DNA of 49,861 nucleotides. It comes from Chiloscyllium plagiosum. Its lineage: Eukaryota. The first letter of the stretch is position 1. The number at the start of each line of letters is the position of its first letter. Under the pieces are notes generated by a model, which worked only from the letters and a program-made list of their open reading frames with translations, made no database searches and was not told the DNA's origin. The translations under genes were made by a program, and so were the position numbers. Location: NCBI RefSeq assembly GCF_004010195.1, contig NC_057752.1:9693350-9743210 (forward strand), given 5' to 3'. Below, piece by piece: positions 34,585-46,729 of this stretch.

Positions 34585-34890
34585 ATTGACAGCACCTTCC
34601 AAACTCACAATCACTATCACTTCAAAGGACAAGGAAGGAACATCACCACCTGTAAGTTTCCCTTCAAGCCACTGACCATCCTGGCTAGGAACTATACTGG
34701 CCATTCCTTAACTGTCGCCGGGTCAAAATCTTGGAACAGCCTCCCTAACAGCACAGTGGGTGAACCTACAGCACATGGACTGCAGCTGTTCAAGAGGGCA
34801 GCTCACCACCACCTTCACAAGAGGGATTAGGCATGGGCAATAAATACTGGCCTAGTTAACGATGCACACATCCCATGAATGAAAATAAAA
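34585..34890 (+). mobile_element. LINE family B 3' end
   Basis: GGTCAAAATCTTGGAACAGCCTCCCTAACAGCAC...CAGCTCACCACCACCTTC...GGGCAATAAATACTGGCCTAG...CACATCCCATGAATGAAAATAAAA. Confidence 0.85.
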
Positions 34891-36486
34891 ATCTTCTCCC
34901 AGGCGGAATTTTGTTTTGTCACAAAGGACTCCTTCTAACATCACAGGGTAAAGCAGGCAGGAGTATTCTAGCACTGGTGCAATTGAATTGAAATGATATA
35001 AACTTTGTCTTTTCTAATCCAAAGTTCAGATTCCAATGTTAAGTTGGACAACTGATTGTGAATCCTTATTTATTTTTTACCCCAATCCTTTTTCACAAGT
35101 GCAGTTGCTGCAAAGGATCTGCTTATTTCTTTCTCCTGAATGATGATACAATTAGACACTATTGAGTGAGCAGGTGTCCATTTATAATGGTCAGAACACG
35201 AACCAAAGTGCTGGCATTGGGAGGAGCCCCGGAAATAAATTCGTAAAACCCCAACTCCTCCACAGAAAGGCACAAGCCTGTTATTTTATCAAATTGCAGA
35301 CAGGGGTTCTTTTTATTAAGATTATGTATTTTTCCTCTTTTGCCAAGCCAACTTCTTTTGATTTCACAGCAGCAGCACTGATGGTTATGAGACAGGGTGA
35401 AGCAGTATATATAGTATGGATTTCACTTACGTTAACCAATTGGAAATATCCTCTGATCACACTCAAGTGATATCATTCCTGCCCCTGTGGCTGCAGAACA
35501 TGCTGGCCTCTCTGCATTTTTTTTTCAACAAATTATAAATCATGTCTGTTTGCTCGCTATGCTTGAGTGGCGCTTGCTGCTGATTTAAATTTCTGCATGG
35601 GCTTTTTGTGTATCTTACAGTCCTGATGTCGCTCTCCGCTTGTCCTGATCTATTCCCTCATGCTTCCTCACAGCTGCCGTACTTTGGAAAGTTATATTGG
35701 GTCTAAGAGCAGCCAGTGTGCAGTAAATCTGTTGTCTGATGACAATGACAATGAAAGGCAGTGCAGCCTCTGGACTGAATGAATTAGGAAAGTCAAAGAG
35801 AAGGTTTGTTGCAACAAAAGAAGCAGAAAAGATTGCAAGACTCGGTTTGCGGGGGATAGCACAGGAAACAGGGTGCTTGGTGCTCCAACAGTGGACTAAG
35901 CTACTGTTTCATGGAGATCCTTAACTTCCGATGAGAGCCTATGATGTTGAAGTGCCGGTGTTGGACTGGTATGTACAAAGTTAAAAATCACACAACACCA
36001 GGTTAGCCGAGATAGTGATGCTAGTGTTGCTGGGCTATTCAACTGTGGAAACATCACAAATACATACAATCCCATCTTTATCTCATATCCACACATGTGC
36101 AGGGTTCACTGACCAATAATCAAACGCACAAAACTTGCTAAGTTTTCCCTTTTCCTACCTCATGACTACTGAGGCCAATCATTGCTCACCTACAATCACC
36201 ATGACAGCTACCAGCTGACTCAGCAAAACCTGGGGATTAGACCTGAAACCTGACACTGTCTGGCTCAGTAATTCTCTGCCATTACCATCTGGGTGCTGTT
36301 ATTTACTGCTGCTTTAACAATACACTAGATTAACTGTAAAACATACTCCATTACACTCTTCAGTTGTTTACCCTGCTGGAGTCTCTTTATGCTACCCATG
36401 CAGCTAGCCAATGGAAGATGGGCAGCAGTTTGGTAAGACTGGTTCTCTGATTTTACCTTGCTTCTTGTGTGAAAGCCCCAAAGGTG

Positions 36487-36596
36487 CATGCGCGGGAGCT
36501 GCAACATGACTGGGAGCTGCAGCATGTGTGTGAGCTGCAACATGTGTGTGAGTTGCAACATGTGTGTGAGTTGCAACATGTGTGTGAGTTGCAACA
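36487..36596 (+). repeat. Minisatellite, 18-bp unit CATGTGTGTGAG(C/T)TGCAA, 6 copies
   Basis: Units start at 36487, 36505, 36523, 36541, 36559 and 36577; the last three are identical. Confidence 0.95.
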
Positions 36597-37138
36597 AACT
36601 ATGGCAACCTAATCTTATACAGTACGCCTACAGGGAAAGGACAGGGAAGTGGGTCCAGCTCAAGTACTCTTGCTGAGCGATGGCATGGTTTCAATGGGCC
36701 ATATAGCCTCCTTCTGCGCATAACCATTCTATGATTCTATATGGCAGAGTAGGATGCCAAAATTCTCTCAGTTAGCCTATTTGGGGATATGCAATAATGG
36801 AGCTGCCTCCATGATGGCTGGGAATACTAGGCTAGGGGGATAGATCAATAGAGACACAATGCTAGACAATTAAAGGGGTATTTCAAAATATTTAGAAAAA
36901 GTATATTTCGACTATAAAGAAATAAAACTCTAAGGGACAACTCACCATTCTTGGTTGACTAAAGACATTAAGGAAATCATCAAACTTAAGAAATAAAGCA
37001 CATAATTGCACACAGATGATTGGTCAGAATATAAAGAACTGCAGAGAATGACTACAGGCTAATCAGCAGAAAGAAATTACAGTATGAAAGGAAGCTCGCC
37101 AGAAATATAATAATGGATTGACACTAATTCACTCTGAG

Positions 37139-37268
37139 GCGAAAGTGAGTACTGCAGATGCTGGAGATTAGAGTTAAGGTTAGGGTGATGCTGGAAAAGC
37201 ACAGCAGGTCAGGCAGCATCTGAGGAGCAGGAAAATCGACGTTTCAGGCAAAAGCCGTTCATCAGGAT
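37139..37268 (-). mobile_element. 130-bp PLE-derived element with hammerhead core and 17-bp TSD
   Basis: TSD CACT(A/C)ATTCACTCTGAG at 37122-37138 and 37269-37285. The minus strand starts ATC-CTGATGA-A-CGGC TTTT GCCT-GAAACGTC. Confidence 0.88.
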
Positions 37269-37464
37269 CACTCATTCACTCTGAGCCTTCCTGGATGCTG
37301 AAGACATCTCTTCTTGAATTGCTTTATCTTGACCCTCAGCCAGAGATACCAGGCTAACTGTACTGCTGTATTGCCATGCCATTCACTATAAACACAAAGA
37401 AAGGAAGCTTTTCAGAAAACAACAAAAGCTGGAGATCACAGTGGGTCAGACACCTAAACATGAA

Positions 37465-38010
37465 CAGTCATAGAGACATAGACATGTACAGCACGGAAAC
37501 AGACCCTTCGGTCCAACCCGTCCCTGCTGACCAGATATCCTAACCAATCTAGTCCCATTTGCCAGCACCTGGCCCATATCCCTCCAAACCCTTCCTATTC
37601 ATATACCCACCCAGATACCTTTTAAATGTTGTAATTTTACCAGCCTCCACCACCTCCTCTGGCAGCTCAGTCCATTCGCACTGTGTGAAAAAAGTTGCCC
37701 CTTAGGTCTCTTTTATATCTTTCCCCTCTCACCCTAAACCTATGCCCTCTAGTTCTGGACTCCCCACCCCAAGGAAAAGACTTTGTCTATTTATCCTATC
37801 CATGCCTCTCATTATTTTATAAACCTCTATAAGGGCAACCCTCAGCGTCCGACGCTCCAGGGAAAACAGCCCCAGCCTGTTCAGCCTCTCCCTGTAGCTC
37901 AAGCCCTCCAACCCTGGCAACATCCTTGTAAAATCTTTTCTGAACCCTTTCAAGTTTCATAACATCCTTCCAATAGGAGGGAGACCAGAATTGCACGTAA
38001 TATTCCAACT
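37465..38010 (-). mobile_element. CR1/HER1-type LINE 3' end
   Basis: EYYVQFWSPSYWKDVMKLERVQK / FTRMLPGLEGLSYRERLNRLGLFSLERR, plus the characteristic tail. Confidence 0.92.
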
Positions 38011-38444
38011 CGAAATGTTAGCTTGCTCTCTCTATGAGGTAAAAACAATGACTGCAGATGCTGGAAACCAGATTCTGGATTAGTGGTGCTGGAAGAGCAC
38101 AGCAGTTCAGGCAGCATCCGAGGAGCAGCGAAATGATGCTGCCTGACCTACTGTGATCTCCAGCTTTTGCTGTTTTTAATACAGATTCCAGCATCTCCAG
38201 TACTTTCGTCCCACATTGTAACTTACCATGATTGTCAACAGGCCTGTTAAGTCAAGCAAGCTAGCCTTCATTCTGGCACAGTAAATCAAGGGCAGCCTCT
38301 GATACCAATCCAGGAACTTGGACATGGTTGGTCAGTCAGTCAGGATAACCTCCATTCAAGCGGTGAGTAGCTGAACATCAGAAAATAATACACATTGCTG
38401 CTCATGAGTGTTGGTAGTGGAGGGAGTGGATACTTGTGGATGTG

Positions 38445-38520
38445 GTGGAGAAAGTGAGAACTGCAGATACTGGAGATCAGAGTCAAAAAGTGTCGTGCTG
38501 GAAAAGCACAGCAGGTCAGG
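38445..38520 (-). mobile_element. 76-bp 5'-truncated PLE-derived element with 12-bp TSD
   Basis: TSD CTTGTGGATGTG at 38433-38444 and 38521-38532. The sequence matches the 3' part of the 37139-37268 element. Confidence 0.85.
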
Positions 38521-39016
38521 CTTGTGGATGTGATGCCAATCAAGCGGCTGCTTTATCCTGGATGGTTATCAAGCTTCTCAAGTGTTGCTGAAAATGCCCC
38601 CATCCTGGCAATTGGGGAGTATTCCATCTCACTCCTGACTTATGCCTTGTACATGGTGGACAGGTTTGGGGGAGACAGGAGGTGAATTATTCGCTGCAGG
38701 ATTCCGAGCCTCTGACCTGCTCTTGGAGCCACTGTGTTGATGTGGCAAGTCCAGTTGAGTTCCTGGTCAATGGGTAACCCCCAGGATGTTGATAGTGGGG
38801 GTATTCAGTGATGGTAACACCATTGACTGTCAAGGGGCAGTGGTTAGATTCGTTCTTATTGGTGATGGTCGTGGCCTGGCATTTGTGAGGTGCAAATGTT
38901 ACTTGCCACTTGTCAGCACAAGCCTGGATATTTTCCAGATCTTGCATGGACTACTTCAGTATCTGAGGAGTTGAACATTGTGCAATCATCAGCGAACATC
39001 CCCATTTCTGACCTTA

Positions 39017-39233
39017 TAGCCAGTTCTTCTCTAATGCGGTGGTTGCATTCTTGTGCAACCCCGTGTTATAGAAAAATCGTGCTTTAGAAACAGTGCTTAA
39101 AGTGTAGGCGATGTAATCATGTTACAGCCAACACACATTTTAAAAGTTTGCACTTTCAAAAGTGTCCCCAATTTGTCAATCGCGTTCCAGCGAATTTGCG
39201 TTCACGAAACATGCGTGATAGCAGAACGACCTG
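39017..39233. mobile_element. Tc1/mariner (Tigger/pogo-like) MITE inserted in the LINE RT
   Basis: It interrupts the LINE at CTGACCTTA^TGATG (the intact site is in the 26830-26850 copy). Imperfect TIRs are TAGCCAGTTCTTCTCTAATGCG and rc CAGGTCGTTCTGCTATCACGCA. The target is TA, with the right copy mutated to CA. Confidence 0.7.
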
Positions 39234-39919
39234 CATGATGAAGGGAAGGTCATAGATGATGCAGCTAAAGATGGTTGGGTCTAGGACACTACCCTGAGGA
39301 ACTCCTGCAGAGATGTCCTGGAGCTGAGATGACTGACCTCCAACAGCCACAACCATCTTCTTTTGTACCAGGTATGACTCCAACCAGCAGAACGTTTACC
39401 CCCAATATGCATTGATTCCACTTTTGCCAGGGCTCCTTGATGCCACGCTCAGTTGAATGGTTGATTTCAAGGGCTGTCCTCTGGAATTCAGTTCTTTTGT
39501 CCATATTTCTGACCAAGGCCGTAATGAGGTCAGGAGCTGAGTGGCCCCTGGCATAATTCAAATTGGTCCTCACTGAACAGGCTATTGCTGAGCAAACTCC
39601 ACCACTTTATCGCTGATTGAGAGCAGACTGATGGCGCAGTGATTAACTGGTTCACAATTGTCCTGCTTTTTCTATAAAGGACCTATCTGGAAAAGTTTCC
39701 ACATTGTCGGGTAGATGCTAGTGTTGCAACTGTACTGGAACAGCTTGTCTAGGGGAGTGGCAAGTTCTGGAGCACATGTCTTCAGTACTATTGCTGGAAT
39801 ATTGTGAGGGTACATAGCCTTTGCAGTATTCAGTGTCTCCAACCATTTCTTGATATCACGTGGAGTGAATTGAATTGGCTGAAGACTGGTATCCGTGATG
39901 CTGGAGACCACTGGAGAAG

Positions 39920-40255
39920 GCGGCACGGTGGCTCAGTGGTTAGCACTGCTACCTCACAGCACCGGGGACCCAGGTTCGATTCCAGCCTCGGGCAACTGTC
40001 TGTGTGGAGTTTGCACATTCTCTCTGTGTCTGTATGGGTTTCCTCCCATAATCTAAAAATGTGGAGGCCAGGTGAATAGGCTATGTTAAATTGCCCATAG
40101 TGTTCAGGCATGTGTAGGTTAGGTGTATGAGTTGGGGGAAATGTAGAGTAATAGGGGAATGAATCTTTTTTGGGATACTCTTTAGAGGGTCAGCGTGGAC
40201 TTGCTGGACCAAAGGGCCTGTTTCCACACTGTAGGGATTCTATGATTCTGTAGGG
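39920..40255 (+). mobile_element. HE1-type V-SINE nested in the LINE
   Basis: GGCGGCACGGTGGCTCAGTGGTTAGCACTG...GGTTCGATTCC, V core, and tail GGCCTGTTTCCACACTGTAGGGATTCTATGATTCT. Confidence 0.92.
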
Positions 40256-41786
40256 TTTCCATGAGGCCGAGCTGGATCATCCACTCGGCATTTCTGAATG
40301 GAGACTGCTGCGAACACTTCAGCCTTATCCTTTGCACTGATGTGTTGGACTCTTCCATCGTTGAGGATGGGAATATTCGTGGAGCCTCCTCCTCCAGTGA
40401 GTTGTTTAATTGTCCACCACCATTCATGACTGGATGTGGCGTGACTGCAGAGCTTAGATTTGATCCATTGGTTGTGGGATCGCTTAGCTCTATCTAACTT
40501 GCCACTTGTGCTGTTTGTCACGCAGCTAGTCCTGTTTGGTAGCTTCACCAGGTTGACTATTTTTAGGTATGCTCTGTGCTGCTCCTGGCATACCCTCCTG
40601 CACTCTCCATTGAACCAGGGCTGATCCCCTGTCTTGATGGTAATGGTTGAGGGGGGCATATACTAGGCCATGAGGTTACAGATTGTGCTGGAGTACAATT
40701 CTCCTGCTGCTGATGGCCCACAATACCTCATGGGTGCCCAGTCTTGAGTTGCTAGCTCTGTTTGAAGTCTGTCCCATTTAGGACATTGATAGCACCACAC
40801 AACACAATGGAGGTTATTCTCAATGTGAAGGTGAGACTTCATCTCCACATGGACTGTGCAGTGGTCACTCTCACCCGATACTGTCATGGACAGATACATC
40901 TGCAGCTGGCAGATTGGTAAGGATGAGGTTGAGTATATTTTTTCCCTCTTGTTGGTTCCCTCACCACCTGCCGCAGACCCAGTCTAGCAGCTTTGTCCTT
41001 TATGACCTGACCAGTTTGATCAGTAATACTGCTGCTGAGCCACTCTTGGTGATGGACATTGAAATCCCCCACCCAGAGTATATTTTGTGCCCTTGCCACC
41101 TTCAGTGCTTCCTCAAAGTGCTGTTCCACATGGAGGAGTACCGATTCATCAGATGGTATGTGGGAATCAGCAGGAGAATTCCTTGCCCAGGTTTAACCTG
41201 AAGCCATGAGACTTCATGGGGCCCGGAGTCAATGTTGAGGACTCCCAGGGTAACTCCCTCCCGACTGTGTCCCACTGTGCCGTTACTTCTTCCGGGTCTG
41301 TCCTGCCAGGACATGTCCAGGGATGGTGATAGTGGTGCCTGACAGGTATGATTCCATGACCATGACCCTATGTCAGGTTGTTTGGCTAGTCTATGCGACA
41401 GCTCTCTCAGTGTTGGCACTAGCCAGCAGATGTTAGTAAAGAGGACTTTGCAGGGTTGACAGGGCTGTTTCTGATTTTGCCTTTTCCAGTGCCTAGGTCA
41501 ATGCCCGGCAGTCCATCTGGTTTCATTTCTTTCAGACTTCAATGGCCATTTCAGAGGGCAATTGAGAGTCAACCACATTGCTGTGGGTCTGGAATCACAT
41601 ATCAGCCAGACCAGGTGAGGATGGCAGATTTCCTTCCTTGAAGGACATTAGTGAACCAGATGGGTTTTTCTGACAATCGACAATGGTGTCACAGTCATCA
41701 GTAGATTCTTAATTCCAGACAGTTCTGTTTTTGAACTCAAATTCCACCACCTGCTGTGGTGGGATCTGAACTCAGCTCCCCAGAAC

Positions 41787-41890
41787 GCTCCTCATTCCTG
41801 ATGAAGAGCTTTTGCCCGAAACGTCGATTTTCCTGCTCGTCGGATGCTGCCTGACCTGCTGTGCTTTTCCAAGCACCACTCTAATCTTGA
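41787..41890 (+). mobile_element. 104-bp PLE-derived element with hammerhead core and 11-bp TSD
   Basis: Perfect TSD CTCCCCAGAAC at 41776-41786 and 41891-41901. Core CTGATGA-A-GAGC TTTT GCCC-GAAACGTC at 41798-41825. Confidence 0.88.
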
Positions 41891-42680
41891 CTCCCCAGAA
41901 CATTAGCTGAGTTTCTTGATTAATAGTCTAGTGATAATACCACCACGCCATCGCCTTCCCCCATTTCCAGGTTCTTGTCCACAAAGCAAGTTGCCAATTT
42001 TCCTTTCCTGTCCAAATCCAGGACAAATGGAACCATGCAGGGCAGCCCTGGACTGACTGTGCTTGTCCAAGTGCACAACAGTATTTTAAGAACAGGGCCG
42101 GTGCTAGGGATGACAATCTATTCTGGGTTACCCCGATACTGGCGAATTGGTTGATTGTGGTGAGAATTGGATCTGAGAGGTGTAATAGGAGCGTGGTAGG
42201 TAATAAATAAGGTGAATTTGCTAAGACGTGGCAAGAAAACTTGCTGACTGAAAAGCGTAAAGATTCAGCCTATTCAATATGGTGGGTATCAACAAACAAC
42301 TTTATCTGACTCTTTTAAAGATAGCCAGTCTCTGATCTATCCAGCACTCAAAATACATGGGGTGGCAGGCAAATCCTCAATCCACCTGGGAAAACCCATT
42401 CACAGGATTTGCAAACAGAGAAAAGTTACCCCCAGAACGGTGAGGAGCTGCTCCTGCAATCACAGATTGTTTTGTTTCTCAGCAATGGGAAATAGGAGCA
42501 ATGGCAGGCCACAGGCTGAATGGGAAAGAGGGGGAGGCTGCAAATAAACAACAAGGTGAGTTTGAACCTGTCATTGAAGGAACACTCAGCGAACTAGGAA
42601 CTAGAAAGCCTTCAAATCACTGTGATCATGAATTACTCATAAATGACTGGTATCCGTAGCTGCAGCAGTATGGGACAATT

Positions 42681-42990
42681 TGATTAGATTACTTACAGTG
42701 TGGAAACAGGCCCTTCGGCCCAACAAGTCCACACCGACCCGCCGAAGCGCAACCCACCCATACCCCTACATTTACCCCTTACCTAACATTAGGGGCAATT
42801 TAGTATGGCCAATTCACCTAACCTGCACATCTTTGGACTGTGGGAGGAAACCGGAGCACCCGGAGGAAACCCACGCAGACACGGGGAGAACGTGCAAACT
42901 CCACACAGTCAGTCGCCTGAGGCGGGAATTGAACCCGGGTCTCTGGCGCTGTGAGGGAGCAGTGCTAACCACTGTGCCACCGTGCCACCC
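42681..42990 (-). mobile_element. HE1-type V-SINE, young copy
   Basis: The tRNA head, V core and tail are intact and many CpGs are retained. It is flanked by ACAATT at 42675-42680 and 42991-42996 (possible TSD). Confidence 0.92.
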
Positions 42991-43854
42991 ACAATTGTGG
43001 TGGCTATAGTAATGAACATCCTGTCAGTTCTTCCATTCAGATCTGAGATTGAGATCTGTGATGCAATACCTGGTTAAAGTATTCTTCTTTGTGAACACAC
43101 AATGAAAACACATCAGCTGTGACCTCACCGGCCTGCAATAGGTGTGCTTAGGATGCCAGCTTTTTCTGCACAGATGTATGTGTCAGTTATTTTGAAAAAC
43201 AAAACTTTTGTTGCTAACTTATTCCTGTTGAGTTGTCAAATACTGAAGCATCTTGGAAATTAATGCTTTCCTTGTGTGCTGTGGCTTTAAGTTTAATGAG
43301 ATTGATAATTATTGAGGATGTTGATGGGTTCTATTGATGCTGCTTTTCCCCCACACATCAACACAAAAGCAGAAAATATTATTATGTGATTACTTCACTT
43401 TATAAAGGAGCTAGTGAGAATGAAAACGTAGCCTCCAAAAGTCATAAGTCATCCTTCAAAGGAAGACTCAGAGAGAAAAAAAGAATATTTTGTGCCTTCC
43501 ACTTGTCCTCGTAGATGGTGAGGTCTCAGAGCTGGAGAACAATTCTCCACGACTATCGCCCCAGAGCTTCCTGCTTCATCATAGAAACTACAGAGGGCAC
43601 TAGAAGTAAAGGCCTCTGAAAACCAACCAACCCACTGTCAGAGAACTCCCCGATTCTTTGCAATGTCCAACACTCTAATATTGTATACGAACTAGGAGCA
43701 TGAGTCGGCCAATCAACCCCTCGAGCCTATTCACTAAGATCATGGATGTTTTGATTGTGATCTCAACTCCATGTTTCCACCAATCCAAGATAACCTTTCA
43801 CCCCATTGGTTTTCAAGAATCTGTCCACCACTGCTTTAAAAATACTCAAACAGG

Positions 43855-44460
43855 CTGTACAGGACATCGGTGAGGCCATTTCTGGAGTACTGTGTTCAGT
43901 TCTAGTCTCCCTGTTATGGGAAATTTGTTGTGAAACCTGAAAGGATTCAGAAAAAGATTTACAAGGATGTTGCCAGGGTTGGAGGATTTGAGCTATAGGG
44001 AGAGGCTAAACAGGCTGGCACTGTTTTCCCTGGAGCGTCGGAGGCTGAGGGGTGACCTTATAGAGGTTTAGAAAACCTCGAGGGGCATGGATGACCTTAT
44101 AGAGGTTTAGAAAACCTCGAGGGGCATGGATAGGGTGAACAGACAAGGATAGTTTCCCAGGACAAGAGAGTTCAAAACTAGAGGTCATAGGTTTAAGGTG
44201 AGAGAGGAAAGATTTAAAAGGGATCTGAGAGACAATGTTTTTACACCGAGGGTGGTACGTGTATGGAATGAGCTGCCAGAGGAAGTGGTGGAGGCTGGTA
44301 CAATTACAACATTTAAAAGGCACCTGGATGGGTATATGAAGAGGAAGGGTTTATGGACCAAGTGCTGGCAAATGGAACTAGATTAATTTAAGATATCTGG
44401 TCAGTATGGACAAGTTGGGCTGAAGGGCCTGTCTCCGTGCTGATTGACTCGATGACTCTG
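43855..44460 (+). mobile_element. CR1/HER1-type LINE 3' end, inserted in an older antisense CR1 tail (43690-44730)
   Basis: RVVRVWNELPEEVVEAGTITTFKRHLDGYM motif and tail. It has an internal 39-bp tandem duplication, 44053-44091 and 44092-44130. Confidence 0.9.
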
Positions 44461-45034
44461 CCCCCAAAGGCTTTTCAAGGAAGAAAGTCCTAAACACGCA
44501 CAACCCAATGGGATTTTCTTTTTGACTTATCCCTGTTTTAAATGTGCTACTCATTATTTTTAAACAGTGACACACCAGTTCTAAATTCTGTCATTATAGG
44601 AAACATCCTTTCCCCATTCATCCTGTCAAAACCCCTAAGAATTTTGTACATTTCTAATTACGTCGCCTCTTGCTGTTTTAAACTCCAGCTGATACAAGCC
44701 TAAAGTGTCCAACACTTTTCTCATAAAACAATAATATGAAACCACAACCTGTTCGACAGCATTCTTCTTGAGAGCAAAATGTAGATCGATCCCTTGACAT
44801 CATTCCATAAGCTTCCACAACATCGAGTATGCATGCCATGGCAACCTTAAACTATTCCTCTTATTTTAAGGATCACTAGGATTTTCATTTCTTATGGATT
44901 GAAATACTCTCATATTCACCAGCCACAGGAAAGTGATTCTAGAGGAAATTGGTGGTCTCTGGTACTATTTTGTCAAATGATTTCCATTCTCCACCCCAGA
45001 AGCCCCCACCCGCACAATAATTTAGGTAAGGGGA

Positions 45035-45372
45035 GGTGGGCACAGTGGCTCAGTGGTTCGCACCACTGCCTCACAGCACCAGGGACCTGGGTTCGATTCC
45101 ACCCTTGGGCAACTGTCTGTGTGGAATTTGCAGGTTCTCTGCGAGGGTTTCATCCGGGTGCTCCAGTTTCCTCCCACAGTCCAAAGATGTGCAGGATAGG
45201 ATAGAATGGCCATTCTAAATTGTCCATAGTGTACAGACTTAGGTGGGTTAGCTATGGGAACACAGGGTTAGGGGGGGGGGGGGTAGAGCTGAGTGGGATG
45301 CTCTTCAGAGGGTTGGTGTGGCTGGATGGGCTGAATCACCTCTTTCCGCGCTCTAGGGATTTAATGATTCTA
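45035..45372 (+). mobile_element. HE1-type V-SINE
   Basis: GGTGGGCACAGTGGCTCAGTGGTTCGCACC...GGTTCGATTCC, followed by the V core. Confidence 0.88.
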
Positions 45373-45619
45373 ACAGTCAAACACTGCCAGCTAGAATGTA
45401 TCAGTTTCCTAATTCTTCATTTTCCATCAGTTTCTGCTGCTTATCTTCACCTGATACATTTGATATCACTTAACCTTCTCCAGTGCAATTTGTCTTAACA
45501 ATCTATGGGACGTATGACCTTCAGAAGGGATGAAGCACTTGGATGCAACTGGATATTTCATTACAAGCCACTGCCTGAATGTGCTGCTGTGCATGAGTGT
45601 ACATTCTGTGCATGTGTTC

Positions 45620-45800
45620 GGCTTCTCTGAGGAGAGATAGACTGCAGGGCGCCGACAACAGCAGGAAATCTGCCAAACTGGTCACTTGTGCCATCTGGAG
45701 GAAGCTGGCACTGCCAGAAATGCCAGTTCGCTCAGGCTGAAGAGTGCCAACCAGTGCCGCAAAAACTTCATGTGACTTGATCGAGGCAGGCAAGGTGACA
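45620..45800 (+). mobile_element. Harbinger Myb/SANT-like ORF remnant
   Basis: DNSRKSAKLVTCAIWRKLAL / NASSLRLKSANQCRKNF / DLIEAGK|gtga, a trihelix W...QCRK.F.DL pattern with frameshifts. Confidence 0.6.
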
Positions 45801-46729
45801 GAGACCAGCTGATCGTCGTTTTCCATTTTAAGTACCAAGAATAATCTTCAGCCTCGAAATGTAATAGCTGTACACCTCACTCTTCACAACGCACTTTGTT
45901 TCTGGGACAGAGAGCTCATTCAGGATCTTGTAGTATAGCTACTCACCTCCTTCAACAACAAAGACTAACATCCACAACAATGAACCCCTTTCCTCCACGT
46001 AGGAAGAGCAATACCACCACTTAGAAATATGAAATTGTTACAGGACAGAAGGAGGCCATTCAGCCCATCAAATCCATACCAGCTGTCTGGAAGATCAGCT
46101 CTTTCTCTGTAGCCCTGTCAGTTTTTCTCCTCAGGTACTTATCCAATTCCCTCTTGAAAGTCACGATTGAATATTCCCTCATCGTCCTCACTGCCCTCCC
46201 CTCAGACAGTGTACTTCAGGTTCTAACTATTCACTGTTTAGTTCATGTTGGTTCTTCTGCCAATCACCAAATTGGTTTTCTCTTGTTTGTAATCCCTCTG
46301 CCAATGGGAAAAAGCAACTGCAACCAAAATTCACGATAGTGTATAAGGAGAAGGCCTTGGAGCTCATAGACATTGCAGCTCTACTCTGAGAGATGGTGAG
46401 ACTGGAACAGATGGTGTTAGATTAGTGACTAAATACCCACACGTGCTTTGCACTGAGTCACACACAATCCATCTATTGAGGGACCTTTGAGGAAATTTCC
46501 TGTAGTAGCTCACAAAATCTTGCAGTCACTAAATGCACACTAGGTTTTGGGACAGGTAGCAACCCCATAAGACTGGATGACACCATTTTGCTACTGCTGC
46601 TGTGGATACCAATGGTTATGAATGCTCCAATCTTATCTCAGTCACCCGATGGATAGTGACCATACTGCACCCTGAGCTGACATTACAAAGATTGCTTCAC
46701 GTCTGCAGAAAATGAGCGTGTGCAGTAAT

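Larger units (their letters stand above)
38395..41961 (-). mobile_element. Long CR1/L2-group LINE (family B) with tRNA-like 5' head, APE endonuclease and RT; degraded, with nested insertions
   Basis: The 5' end is GGGGAAGGCGATGGCGTGGTGG...GAGTTCAGATCCCACC. Endonuclease motifs are NILWVGDFNVHHQEWL, VREPTRGK and SDHCTV. Further motifs are DQPWFNGECRR, NIPAIVLKTCAPELATPL.KLFQYS, AGVPQGSVL.P, MFADD and WQVTFAPHKCQ. Confidence 0.9.

Noticed and set aside
36325..36676. ORFs with MLQLTH / MCVSCN repeats
   Set aside because: These are translations of an 18-bp minisatellite, with no evidence of a gene.
39920..39990. tRNA genes (also at the heads near 833, 41961, 42990, 45035 and 47938)
   Set aside because: These are tRNA-derived SINE/LINE heads that continue into repeat bodies, not standalone tRNAs.
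44053..44130. 39-bp tandem duplication as a functional element
   Set aside because: It is a local duplication inside a dead LINE tail, noted only as part of that feature.
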